Source of the DNA: Tubiluchus corallicola
Lineage: Eukaryota > Animalia > Priapulida
Assembly: GCA_030141605.1 (NCBI GenBank)
Contig: JAQGDQ010000035.1
Location: 558,001 to 622,000, forward strand
Direction of reading: 5' to 3'
DNA length: 64,000 nucleotides
The notes below the pieces were generated by a model. It was not told the DNA's origin. It did no database searches and saw nothing but the letters and a program-made list of their open reading frames with translations. Shown here one piece after another: positions 1 to 13,252 of this stretch. The translations under genes and the position numbers were made by a program. The first letter of the stretch is position 1. Every line of letters begins with the position of its first letter.

Positions 1-3000
1 ACATTTCATAGTAACCATAGTGCATACTAATAGCTGCCTGCTTAGGAGCTTTAATTATACTATAACAGTAGTTTTGTAGTTTACAGTTAAACTGTTTATA
101 ATAATAGCTATGTTATTAATTGTTGAGCATCAACATTAATTCATTCATATTTACGCAAATTCAATGTGCTTTCAGATTATACATAGTTGTAACATACTAA
201 AAATGGCATCGTGCTGTTTAAAATAGTGGTAGCCGTTAGGTAAACTAGCTACTTTGCAAAGTGGCTGCAGTTATAGTTCAATTAGTTTTAGCTACAATGC
301 CTTTGAAATTGCATTCCTTTAGCTACATGCAGTATTACTAACTTTTTTTTATTAACAAACAAGCTTTAGTTATCCTTTTACCTGCAGCTTTACAGGCTTA
401 TAAAACTTTGAATAAAAGTTATAATATACTACTATATGTTTTACTGCAATTTGACTTTAACCTCAACTGTGACTGAAATATCCTTTTCGTCAATGCACAA
501 GGACATATTAACATTTTTTTCCGGTTGCCCTGAAATTGCTTCCTAAGGGTTTGCAATTTAATGTGAAAGTATTGGAACCCAATATTAACAATTTAAAGGA
601 TATTTATATGAATGTAAATAACTTGTGCAATGTAAACATGAACGCCACGAAAGGCGATTGATTTTTCAAGTTTTTATTATTCTCAGTAGTGGATTAACTC
701 AAAGTTACAGAAGCTTTTTATTAGATAGCAAACATTATCCACGAATGAATTTGACAAAATAGTCTGCTTTAATAGTCTGGGGTAAGAGCAGCATAACGTT
801 ATGCGGATGATTTACAAAACAAAGTGGGGAAATAAAGTTACACAAGAGGGCTGTGGTAGCTACAGCACAGACAAGAAAACATCAAAGATTGTCGTAAACT
901 ATGAATACCACTAACTACACCAATCAGCTGAGCATGCCAACTTGATCTGGTTTGTTGTATACAAAAAGAAGAATATTATATATCCAATTTACTTTCTTCC
1001 TATTTTGGACAATACAAAAGAAAAACTTGTACAGCTAAAAACAGTTTATAACTGCTGCTAACCAACACAGCAATAATATCTGGTGACGTTGCTTACAGTT
1101 GTGCATATATAACACAAAGCTTTCTTATTAGCGAGCCTACTAGTAAATGGGTACAAAGTCTTAGCTAGAAAGTCAAGAGAAGTCCTTTTAAAATATTTGG
1201 GCACAAAGTCTCTCAAAGTTTGACATTTATTTAGAAACTTTGAAATTCTACTGTAAGTGCCTTAGGGGTGTTCATCATTATTTACATTTTAGAACTGTGT
1301 AAGTTAGAGGTCAAATTTAACGTAAAAATAAATTTTCTTTAATAAAAAAGCCAACTGTAACTGAAAATTTGAAACTAATTTTATGGCTTCCAAATGAATT
1401 GGGGTCTTGAAGTTGCATTTTTCCACGAAACATTTTGGTCAGTTTTACTTGTGAATACTCGGAAATACAAATGTGCTAGCAGCCACTTCCTTGGATACTG
1501 CATCATTTCAGTGACGCCGAATTTGTGGAACAATGCTACACAGAGGAATGTGTCACCTGATAGCCAAACGCAAATGCTGCCGTAACTAAGGCTTGTATTT
1601 CGCTGGCATCTATAACGAACAAAACGTGCAATATCAAGTTCCAGACTTTTTTCGGGTTTAACATCTTCACACCTGATTTCCACTTGCATAAATCATGATA
1701 AAAAATTAAAAGTATCAGAAAATCTTAGTTAGAGATCATCTTCTTTCTGTTTTTGTGTGAAACTGAAACTTCATGAAGTACCCCGCATTTACGCTTTACA
1801 AAGATAAAAATTTTCTTTGTAAAAATACAACAATCCATTCATTTTGACCTTTTTTGACATTCAATATGTTCTTTTGAAAGATTCATCTGCAGCCTGGCCA
1901 GCAGCCTTGTTGGATTTTACTATAACACTACTATTACTATAATTCTGTGTTTTTTCTGTGATTAATAATTATTGATGACTAGCATTATTATAAAACGAGA
2001 GGAATGTGTTTCCTAGGCTTTTGTCCATCTGGTTGTATACTTTTCAAATAAAGATAACACATGGTGGACTGAAATGTATTGTTTCATTTCTTTATTGTGA
2101 GAATACGTGTTTGTTGTTTTACTTCTTCTAATCACATTAGTGGATTCAATAACAGTCAAAAAATCACCAAGTGTTTTATCACAAGGGAAAAGCAGTGAAT
2201 AACTGAAAGCACTTAAGTGGATATAACGGTAAGAATTAGAGCAATGTCTCAGAAAACGCCGCTCTGGCTGTACATACGCTACACAGCTCTAGTGGCTGTG
2301 GGTCTCAGGATGTGAAATGCGACACCGCCATAATAACACGCTGAATCCCCTTATTGCAGCCAAAAATGGAACCAGCGTGTGGGGGGAGAGTAAAACTGCC
2401 CTAACGGTTAGCTCGGATTCTCTAAAAGCGACAAAGCAAAACAAAAGTTATAAATATACATAGCACTCAAGTGATTAAGAAAGAAGTTCCGAGTATACTG
2501 ACTTGCTTGATAAACAAATATTAGAAAAGTAGGCACTAAGCTACCAACATTTGACATGTATAAATACACACATTTCTCAGAGAGAGGTATAGAGAGAAAA
2601 AACATATTTGTTTTACATGAAAAATAAATATACTGCATAATAATGTTTTTACAGGCATTTGTGGATTCTACTGTTCAAATGAACTTTATAAAAAATCTTT
2701 AATGTTTTTACTGTCGTTTTTGAAAAAATAATTTTAGGCTTATGAGAGAACTGTGATCACTATAGTTGAACCCAAGATGCCCAAATGCAAGTCTCCAAGG
2801 TAGAGGTCAACTTTCTCATAATAAAGTTTATATCTATATATGTCTATGTCTATATAACATAAAGTTATAGGTCTACAACTCATTCTATTTCACTTTTGTA
2901 AGTTGCTTTGTGGTTTTGCATAAATAGGCTTTGCACGAATTTTATAAGTCATCTTTGACGTAGTGTGCACGCATTGTTCTGAAACAGCCACTTGCAGTAA

Positions 3001-4699
3001 GTCAGTTCATGTTTATACTAAAATTACTCCATAAGTTTATGCTGACAGCGCATAACGTTTCTATTTATATAAATGTATTGCACAATTTTTCTAAAATTCA
3101 AGTATCTTAAGTAGTAATTAGTTTAATATTTTAATTAATTTATTGCAGTGATTTATACATCATATAATGTGCACGAACAATAATTAAAACAAAATAATCA
3201 ATCAATGAAGCTGTCGGAGGATCGTCCACTAGCCAGCCAAATTACAGAAATGGCTGATAAGTAATTTATTTTAATGTAATTGCTACTCCACCTGAAATTG
3301 GTTTACTGCAAAATTCAAGAAGCGTTAAAAGTGTTTGAAAGTTTGTAACACTATATCATGACTCTTTTCGTTATTTTTAAGTGCTTTTTTCTCAGCTTGA
3401 GTCCAAATATTGCATTATTTATTTTCGCAAGTATTATTAAGTAAGACTCTTTATTGTTTGTCTACAGCGGATGTAAAAATTGCAAAAGTATGCTATATAT
3501 TATGTCATTTAGTACACTTTGACAAACTTTCATGTGTTTTGTGCTTACAAAATTTCTCTTACAGACTAGACTTCATATGAACTGTATTATTTACAAAAAA
3601 ATTTATGGTAAATAAACGATATATAAATATAATTATTGCCACAAAGAATACAATCATTAAGCTGACTGAAAAAAAATCAAAGCTAATAAGCAGCCAAACA
3701 CATTATATATAATACAAATGCTCTAACTAAAATATATGATGAACAAAACACCTATGCCTGAAACAAAAGTCCTTCTTGGGACATAAGCAATGCCAAATTC
3801 AGAGTTCCTTTCAAAAATGTTGACAAAAATCAGAAAAAGTTGACGCATACAGAGCCGTGTTGTCATCATCAATAGCATGCATGGTACGACTGATATCACT
3901 CCTGTTTCATCCTGCATGGTAACAATACTGATGAGGAATGGGTTTAATGAAATGCCCAAAATATGCCCAGATGCAAGAAACCCACTTTGATTTTACAAAG
4001 CTTTCTGTGAAAGGCCCGTGAGATCACCCACCACTGGCTTGGCCGTCCTCCCAGATTTTTAGAAACGGTATTTACATAAACAGAGAGAAGATGAATCAAG
4101 GGTTTGAAATAATAAATTACTACCTTTAAATTTGGAATAAAAATTAGTTGCAAAACATTTAAGCTGGTTTTAAGTTAGCTCATCGCTAACAATCAAGGAT
4201 GAGGGCTCAAATACCATGGATGATAAAAAGTTGAAAATTTGTTAAAAAGAAACCACTGTCATCATCAGCAGTTGGTCACACTTAACCGGCAGTGTGCTTA
4301 GTACATCTTACAAGAAAACCTTAATCATGAATGTGTTCAAGTGCACAACAACAATCTCAAGCATATCACAGCTGTGACCTACTGATACCCAGCCTGCATT
4401 ATTAGAGCACCACAAGTGACATTAATAATATATTATAAAATAAACATTAAAACTAATTTTGAAAGAAAGATCATCGAAGGCAAAATTAAAAAGCCAACAA
4501 AAAAATTTGGTAGGCATAATTGATTACTTTGAACATTGGTGAAAGTACACACTACTACCCAGGTATCGATTACTAAATGACTACATTTTGCCTAAAAATT
4601 TTAACTTCTGTAGAAAAGAAAAACATCTATTTTCGAAATAAAATAATTGAAACCGGGAAAGCTAAAGTGATAATACAATTAATTACATGTATATACAAA

Positions 4700-4875
4700 T
4701 TACAATACCATCCAATCTATACCGTTGAATGATTTAGTAACGCTAGCCACTAGTTGGCTTTGAACATGTCACTCTCACTGTACTTTTTAAAATTACTAAT
4801 ATTCTCCGGAGCTATTACAATACTTCGGAGGCGATTCCACGAGTTAGTTACTCGGCCACTGAAATATGTTCCCGT
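4700..4875 (-). mobile_element. 3' end of a CR1/L2-group LINE (fragment)
   Basis: Translation YFSGRVTNSWNRLRSIVIAPENISNFKK resembles the C-terminal FS.RV...WN.L.......FK motif of CR1/L2 ORF2; boundaries approximate. Confidence 0.65.
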
Positions 4876-5052
4876 AAATTGGTTCTTGCAGGACAAAAGT
4901 TTCTTACCAACTCCCCGCCCGAAGCTGGCGAAAAGGTAAAACAAAATTACATATTACAACTTACTGATACTTACCAGAGCAAGTATCAACCATAGACCTT
5001 ATGTTATTCTAAGTAAAACTGTTAAATAGAAAAGAAATTTCTGTTACCATAC

Positions 5053-5109
5053 CTGCTGGGCAACAGGCTCCAAAATACCTTCAATTGTTTTCGTATGGAA
5101 CACGGGCAT
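5053..5109 (-). CDS. VCL: Vinculin, first coding exon (no further exon recognised in 1-5052; gene probably continues off the left edge)
   Basis: ATG at 5109 gives MPVFHTKTIEGILEPVAQQ, the conserved vinculin N-terminus, followed by donor CAG|GTATGG at 5052. Confidence 0.93.
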
Positions 5110-5635
5110 TTTACTGTTTGTAACTGAAAACTGAAGATGTCAAAAAACTATTGGCCGGTATCACAGTGTTGAAATCCAAATAAAAGTGAAACACAATAAA
5201 CATCGGAAACTGAAACTAATACAGGCACACCCAAACACAGTCAGAGGCAGTCAATGCAAAGATTATACTGCATGTACAGCACAAACTGCACAGACAACAT
5301 AAACATGTGAAGCAGACAGACGGTGTTGCGTGAGTGCGTCGGACTGTGTCTTTGCCGCGTGGGCTTGTGGGATTGCAGTATTACGCATAGAGTTGTAAGC
5401 CGAAAGTTGGGGTTAAATCGGATATGCGCAAAAATGTCCAATATTCCCACGCATAGATAATTATATTACTACATAATCTCAAGACAGCCAAAGAGGGTAG
5501 AAAATGGAAAAGGAAACAAAGCCTAAAATTTGAATTGTAAATAAAGAAGGTACAGAAAGTACAATGACAGAACAAAGATAAGATGGAGTGAATCCACAAA
5601 ATTTCATGAAGTTTTGCAGGAAATATGTAAAAAGA

Positions 5636-6587
5636 ACGTAGGAAAAAATGGCACTTAGTAAAATATGTGCATAGGGTTAGGGTTACAGTGTAGAATAATT
5701 GTTTTAGTTATTTTTACTTCTGCCAAACAAGTTATGTTTCAACGCAGTTTGTTCGTTTGTTTTTGTTGTTGTTATGGCAGTAAGCAACATGCGCAGTCTA
5801 CTACGCAAAAACAATCTCAAAGATTTTCATGCAAGAAATTTTGTGAAGAAAGCTATGCAGTATAGAGTGCCAAAATGGGAATCTTTTCGCCGGTTCTTTT
5901 TTTTTCAAACTTTGACTGAACACCATGTACAAAAAATTGTAGAGAAGTGTAAACTATGGAGGTCTCAGAGTGAGTGCTTAGTACTTATTTTTTGTTATAT
6001 CCACCTGGACAAACAATTACGAGTTAGTTTCAGTTCCATTTCGACAAATTCTCGCGTGTAAAACTGCGTAACGCTGTCCATAACCTTAGCCTATTAATGT
6101 GTATAAACTTATGAGGTAACTTGGTACATATATATTTGTCAGTCCATTACCATCGCCAAAATTAATGGTGAAGAAGGTAGATAAACGTGATGTGGGACAT
6201 TCCTGCATTACTGATTATATGTAAATCCATTTAATGAACAATTATTTTGTGCGTTTTTTTTGCTACTCTACATAATGCCAATACAGGTACGTTTTTGTAT
6301 GTTTGCTTGTTTATCTTTGTTTTAATCAAAAGAATCAGATGAGTAAGTTTAGGATTGTTCGACTTTGTAGAGATCTGTTTCTTACTTATTAGATTTCCTG
6401 TTTTATTATTGAAAATAATTACATCATAATTAATATTATGTGCCATGTTTTCCTACTTTACCATTCTTACCCATGCCATTTTTACCTACTTTTCCATTTG
6501 TCATTTTTTTCTGTGCCATTTTTTTACCTACTTTTCCATTTGTCATTTTTTTTGTGCCATTTTTCTTCTGCCGTTTTTCCGATAACT
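5636..6587. repeat. Possible non-autonomous DNA transposon remnant with tandem subterminal repeats
   Basis: Tandem TGCCATTTTT(A/T)CC-like units at 6441-6587 and a complementary GGAAAAAATGGCA at 5641; no TSD confirmed. Confidence 0.3.
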
Positions 6588-6775
6588 GCCTGTATTTAAG
6601 CCAGCGACCTTTTGTTTACCTATATAGCAGACTCCCCCAATAAGCTGTTTGCTTAATGCTACAGTGTGCCCAGCGAGCGATAATCTCCAGACCTGTTAAG
6701 ATTGTTGGGGGCAAGGTCGTTTAGCGGTCATGGGGTCTGCTAGGTAAACAGAAGGTCGCTGATTTAAATTCAGGC
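6588..6775. mobile_element. Small inverted-repeat element (MITE-like)
   Basis: GCCTGTATTTAAGCCAGCGACCTTTTGTTTACCTA..GCAGAC at the left is the imperfect reverse complement of GTCTGCTAGGTAAACAGAAGGTCGCTGATTTAAATTCAGGC at the right (arms about 45 bp). Confidence 0.7.
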
Positions 6776-9148
6776 TGTGACACGTACTGTGTCCCAACTT
6801 TTCTGCGTTGTATGTTTGTTTTAGCGTTAAAAAACATTGAATTTAAGATTATAAATATAACAATAAGAAAAGACAAATTTACTTGTGTTATTCAATGGTA
6901 GGCCTACATACAAATAATAGTATCATTTATTTTGCTACACATTATGCCTAATACCATGAATCAAATTACTTTGTTAAAACATACTGCCTAAATATCTGCT
7001 TGGCAAGCATTTTAGTTGCTTATGTAAAACAATTTTTCATGATTTCAAACCCTTTGAAAAATTGAAAATTTTGCGTTTTGATAAATGCCTGGACAGACCA
7101 AAACTCTATGGGACAACATTTATTATCATAATTATGCCCATGTTGTAGACATTGGGCAGGCAGAATACTAGGGTTTTTATTAGTTATACACCAACATCAT
7201 TTTAACAGTTCTATGAGCAATCAACCCAAAGCAAAACAAATGCTGCAGTAGAATGTTAAAAGCTTAACAGAATGTTGACATTATCAATTCAACACCAAAA
7301 AGACAAAAAGTTATCCTTGGGTTTTACATCCAAACCAGCTTGCAATCATAAATCACTGAGAAACTCTACAGCCACTGCCCGCTGGAACCCTAATTTCTTA
7401 TTTCTCACTCATTTTACACTTTGCGTGTTGGCAATTCTACTGACAGAATAGCATTAGAAATACGATTAAAAAAGTAATAAAAACTCTCACAATTAATATT
7501 TCTGTACACGATTTAATGCAATTTTGAAATTTTATTACAAGTTATGGCTTATTGCACAGATTTTGTGCCTATAGTGTTACACATCAAATGAAATGAAGTT
7601 CAGCATGAAATCATACATTTAAACAGAAAATAATCGTGCCATTGCTTGACTTTTATGGCATTCGCGAGCAAGAATAATAGCTTGCCACTAAATTAGTTTT
7701 TGTGTAATTTTAACTAACCACCCATAAATCAAACATTGCGATTAATAAGTAATCCTTTAAAAAATTCTGTTATAGTATATAATGATTTTTTCTTCATTAT
7801 GTCTAATAATCAATTATAATTCACAAAATTATGCACATGATTAATAATTATTTAATTATATATATAAAACTCATAAAATTTAATTCAACTAAATTTAGTA
7901 CACACGATTGATAAACTATAAATAAAAAACATTTCTAACACTACATTCACATCCGACAATAAAATAAGTTATGAGAATAAAAACAATTATCCTCTATAAA
8001 AACAAGTCACCATTTTTTATAACTTTGATCCCTGGGGTTACTGTATAGGTTTTCTAAACAGATCTAATTCTATCACTTACTGATCAGCAAGGAGAAGGTT
8101 GTGTATATAAATACACTATACATGTTCACAAAAATATTCCACGAAAGCTAAAATGGAAACAGCTCGAGTTTATAGAGACATCAACAGAAGCCTATATATA
8201 CGTGATGTTGTCCATCTATTAAATGTTCAAATCCGCATTAAAATGCCATATTTCTATTCAAGTTCAAATTTAATTTTATTTTTAGTTGTGAAATATGTTT
8301 TTATGTTTTAATATTATAAATAGCGACTTTTGACTTCCATCAAGTCAGTTAGCAGTTTAGGGAATTTTATATCTACTAATTCCAGTCCAACTTATCACCA
8401 TTTTATAATGCCTTTAAAAATTTGAGCTGTTCACAGTGCTTTTTGAACAAAATACTACTAAACATTAAACTTGTAATGACGGACATGAGAGAATTGATTT
8501 CTGGGAAGATTCTAATACAATTACGATTCAAATTCGATTTTTAATATGAGGACAGATTTAGTATATGTAATAACTAGCTTGCTAAAGACAATTGCAAGAG
8601 CATGTACAATGGCATTTTCATTAATAGAAAAATGAATATATTGTCAGTATTGTCAGTATTAAAACGAGTACCAATAAAAAGTTAACAACATTTTCACTTA
8701 GCATGGCAGTTTTTGTGGTGCCCGCGATGTCAGAAAACTGTGAAAATGATTTAAAATTCGTTTAGTTGATGGTGATTTAAAGATCAGATTTCCTTGATTT
8801 GACAAATGGCCAAATAAGGACAACAACTTTCACCATGCAAGCATGCATAGACATGAGTGTTACATTACTCCTGGAAATCCTTGGACTATTAGCATGAAAT
8901 TTTGCTTCAGAGTTGGTAATTACTTCAAGCTGAATATTGGAAATGTACTTAAATTGTACCTTCTCAGTTTAGGAAATGCAATAATTATGGCACAAACAGC
9001 ACAGTAGTTTGATCTTCGTATCTTAATTGTACTCTTGTCAGCTGAGCAGCTTATAAACAACTTTGAGCATTATTAAATAATAACAATAACAATAATACTA
9101 AGTAGTAAATCTATCCATCCAACCAAGAAAACTTTCTATACAATGGAT

Positions 9149-9369
9149 TCACTTGTAAGCACCACTAACTACATCTTCGTAAGAGGGTGGAGGCGCTTCC
9201 GGTAAGTCTGTTTGTTGTAGGGGTGGTGCTGAAGGTTGAGTAGCTGCTGCTGTTGCCTCATTACTAGATGGTTGTGGTGCTGGCATCGGAATTGGCACAC
9301 AATGATTATAATCAGGTGGAGGTGGATGAACAGTGTGACTACCAGCCTGTGAGTCAGTCATTCGATTGG
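9149..9369 (-). CDS. LDLa membrane protein, cassette B terminal exon (cytoplasmic tail with PPDY, PSAP, PPSY)
   Basis: Acceptor TTGATACAG| at 9370, phase 1; NRMTDSQAGSHTVHPPPPDY...QPSAPP...PPPSYEDVVSGAYK, stop TGA. Confidence 0.85.
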
Positions 9370-11222
9370 CTGTATCAAATAATACAGTGCATTAATTATA
9401 TGTTGAAAGGTGCAGACAGCTAATAGAAGTTTAATAACCAAGTAAATAAAATAAACTGACGAAATTAACAAGCAAATAAAAATGACCAAATAAGTTAAGT
9501 AAACAAAAATGGATAAATGATTTAACTGAATGAAAGCATGATGGAACAAAAATTTGGATGCTGCTTTAACAAATAAGACAAGTTTGCTCCATTAATTTTC
9601 TCTTATAAAATCTTACATAGCTAAATTTTTATATGTTTTATTCCAGTGATGACTATCTTACTATAAGCTGGTTTGTGACCACTTTCATTATTGACAGCTC
9701 CAACTTCATAAGCTTCCGTACAAACCATGTTCAAAAATCGCACCAAAATCTAGCCTAACCAACCCTTTTTTATAGATAGATAGCAAAATGCTAAAAATAT
9801 ACTAAGATCATGAAAAGTGCAATATTACAACATTATAGTACAACCTATTAGTATAAAAACTACAAACTGTGATTAGAAAATAAAAACAAAACAAAAAAAT
9901 AAAAAATAAGAGAAGCTACTTATTCGCTAAAATCACATTACTACCATTTAAGTCTTAATGCAGGGTACAGATAAATAAATTTGCAATTTGTTTTACACGT
10001 GTCTTTTTAGCACAGTTTCCTCTTCCTTAATTGCATCAAGTGAAAATTTGAACAAACATGTAATACATGAGTGCCTTTCTGAATTTTCAAGTGCAAACTT
10101 CAAAACAAGTGCGTCATAGCTGGTATACTAACAAAGAATTTTGCTCACTCTTATTTCAACATTTTTTATTTCATTGCACGGCCAATTGTTTTGAGATCAA
10201 TGAGTGCCAAGCCAGTACTGACAACTCTAAATGGGTCTTATATATGTGCAGCACATTTTAACAGAATCCATCAACCCAGTTCCACATCTCTTCATAATTC
10301 TTATCAATAACAATTTCTGGGTAGCTTTGCCAATTATATAGTTTACATGTGCATCTCATTTTTTAAATGATTTAGAATATAAACACCAAGCATACATTTT
10401 CTTCATTAACAACTGCTAAAGTGGTACACCATCAATTTTTATTAAAGGATCCCTTTTAAGGGTTCTAAAATAAAAATTGAAGATTTTACATCTATTTGAA
10501 TTAAGTCTCACATTAACTGAAATGACTGTTACATTGAGCATTTACTACTGTGCACATTTGTGAACTGTTACAACTGTACAGGACCAAGATGGATACCTTG
10601 AGGAACCCAGGCATGCAGACACAGGCATAATTAGGAAAGAACAATGCCATGGTATCAAGCAAGGTCTAAATACATATAGCAGCTAAACCAATGAGATCTA
10701 CTCTATCAAATATTTTTGAAAAATCTACTAACAAAAAAAACAAAAAGTATTCAATTTATGCATTGAAACTTTTTCGTTTGCATTTTTGGATGTCTTATAA
10801 TCTTAAATTTAATAAAAAAAACGATAGTATTAATTTTAGTCATTTTTTGTTATTTCCATGAGAAGATAGTATATACTAGCATACTGATAATGTACCATCT
10901 TTTTGATTTATATGCTGTGCAATTTTTCATAATTGCAATTGTTTTATTTTCAAATAAAATATTCTTTAAACTAATAAACAGATCAAGTTAAAAATTGCTT
11001 ATCGCTATAATGTACTTGAAAATAGCCTCTTATTTTATCATCAAAGGGACTACATAGGCAGAATGTTAAGAGTATGGCTAAAGATTTTGTTAACTGTTCT
11101 CCTTTATGTTTTTGATCCATCCGTTTATTCAAACTCGGTGAAACAGGTGCCTATCTGTCCCCATTTTGAATGTACGGAATCTACATAATAAATCTATGTG
11201 TCAACCGACAATTTTTACTTAC

Positions 11223-11327
11223 TAGTAATGGTAGTAGAGCTGGTTGTAAATGTAACAGTTGTGAACTGACTTGATGAGATTGGAGCTGATTCAGGCACTG
11301 TGGCAGTTGCTTGATATTGTGTTATTG
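11223..11327 (-). CDS. LDLa membrane protein, cassette B Ser/Thr-rich cytoplasmic exon
   Basis: TTTTTAG| ... |GTAAGT, 105 nt, phase 1-1; ITQYQATATVPESAPISSSQFTTVTFTTSSTTIT. Confidence 0.8.
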
Positions 11328-12189
11328 CTAAAAATATATAAAAGAAATTACATGTAGCATAATATCCTATAACGTGCATTTTAAAGATAGCAAGCACAGA
11401 ACATGCTTACAAATTTAGCATGTACTAGACAAGTACTACAAGTTCCCACAAATTTTTTTCTTGTGCTCTAGGTGAAATAATGATCACTGGCCAATGGTCA
11501 AGTTTGTCTTGTGTCCACTTATAACTGATATTTTTTGCCTTGAGCATCAATCTAAGCACTACTGGCCATGTTCTACATGCTGTCACAAAAATTTTCCTTG
11601 AGCTCAAATTTTGCATTAAGTGGTTATTTTTTGGCTTTTGACATCAACATGACTTTTGCCCTCTGGTGACTGGTTGCACAACACAAGTCAAACAGATTTT
11701 GAAACATGGCCTTTGTGCATTTTATTTAGGTACTCAGTCCTTTTGTGCTCAAATTTTGCATTAAACGTCTCTGGGCTCTGTGTCACTAATTTGATTAGTT
11801 AAAAGGGCAAAGCATTTCAATAAAGCTACCATGCAAAATTCAACACCATTAATTCTGGAAAATCAAAATTCCTCAAACACACTTATGGTTTATAATTAAT
11901 GTATAGTCAAACTTCGATATAACCCCCCTCCCCCATTATGCAAATTTCTCTTAATACCAATGAGCCTGGTACTGTTGTCTGGTAAATAAATCTCATCTTT
12001 GTCTAATATGACTTTACATTAAAAACAAATTTTCATATTGATGGATGATGAATAATAATTGTATCATATTTTATCAACACTGTCGTTATCGTTAACATCA
12101 TTAATTTGACTTGTTATTGTGGATCAAGTAATACGGCCTCACAAAAATATGTATAAAATTAATAAACCTGGTTGAAAAAAATCACATAC

Positions 12190-12282
12190 TTGCTTGATTT
12201 TTGGATATCCTGTAGCATATGACAATTATAAAAACAACGACTACGATGATGATCACGATGATGGTCCACCACTTAAATCTCT
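12190..12282 (-). CDS. LDLa membrane protein, cassette B transmembrane exon
   Basis: TTTAG| ... |GTATGT, 93 nt, phase 1-1; RFKWWTIIVIIIVVVVFIIVICYRISKNQA (hydrophobic helix then basic residues). Confidence 0.82.
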
Positions 12283-13138
12283 CTAAATGTACAAAAAGTT
12301 CAATCTTCAGAACTACTTACAGTAAAAACATTTTAAATCAGTAAACTGATAAATATAGATAATAGGGATTTGCATAGAATGAATTTTTATTTTGAGGCGA
12401 TGCAGAGAAGTTTCTTACACAAGGATTTGTCCTAAAAAAAACTGATGACTAATTTACTGACAAATTTATGTCCGTGAGCTGATCAGACTCTATGAAAGTC
12501 CTATGTTATGTAGCCATTAATTGTGACGTATTACCACATCTTTCATGCAGTAATACTACTGTGTAATCATAGTTTTAATCCTGTACTATTTTATTACCTT
12601 TTCATGATTAGCTAATTTAGCTCTGTTTGTTTGTAGTCAGTGCCACCATAATTATTGTTTTCCTACTTACTGCTATATATTGTTTTTGTCCTCTCTTTAA
12701 ATATATGTGTGGAGGTACTATACATATTTGAAATTCCAAAACTTTGTATTTGAGCTTAGGTGTTGGCTACTTGATCAGTTTTTATTAGATGTTGTCTTTG
12801 ATGTTGCAACACATAATCTGCTAACAATTTGAACTTGCTGACAGCCATAGTGTGCTAATCTAATTTTAGACTAAACTAAACTTGACATATCATAATTGCC
12901 TGTCTTGTTAAATTCATTCTGGTCAAGCTTTTTGATGCAGTCTTAGCAAACTATTAAAGACCCAAAATAGAACCAATTTAATAGTTTATGCACATATACG
13001 AACAAGTTCCTTTAATAATATTACAAAGTCACTTTTTCAATGATTGACTAGATGGTGTTCTTAAAAATTCTCTGAATTCAATAAAAAGAATTCTGAATAT
13101 ATTATGTGTATGTGTGTAAGGAGTCCTAAATAACATAC

Positions 13139-13252
13139 TTGAACAATTCTCTTCATCTGCTCCATCCCAACATTTGGTATAATCATCACATTTCTCAGAT
13201 TCACTGTAGCACCGTTCACCATCATCGCAGGAGTATTCCCAGTATTCACATC
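13139..13252 (-). CDS. LDLa membrane protein, cassette B LDLa repeat 4 exon
   Basis: GTCAG| ... |GTATGT, 114 nt, phase 1-1; CEYWEYSCDDGERCYSESEKCDDYTKCWDGADEENCS (6 Cys, acidic DxxDE motif). Confidence 0.88.

Noticed and set aside
1-4200. ORFs at 1381-1689, 3723-3959 and others as vinculin exons or new genes
   Set aside because: No vinculin-like translation or recognisable domain; probably decayed transposon sequence in intron 1, family not assignable by eye.
5672-5685. TAGGGTTAGGGTTA as interstitial telomeric repeat
   Set aside because: Only about two units, inside a probable DNA-transposon remnant.
8810-8819. CArG box CCAAATAAGG upstream of vinculin
   Set aside because: Lies in the duplicated 3' region of the LDLa gene and is within chance expectation.
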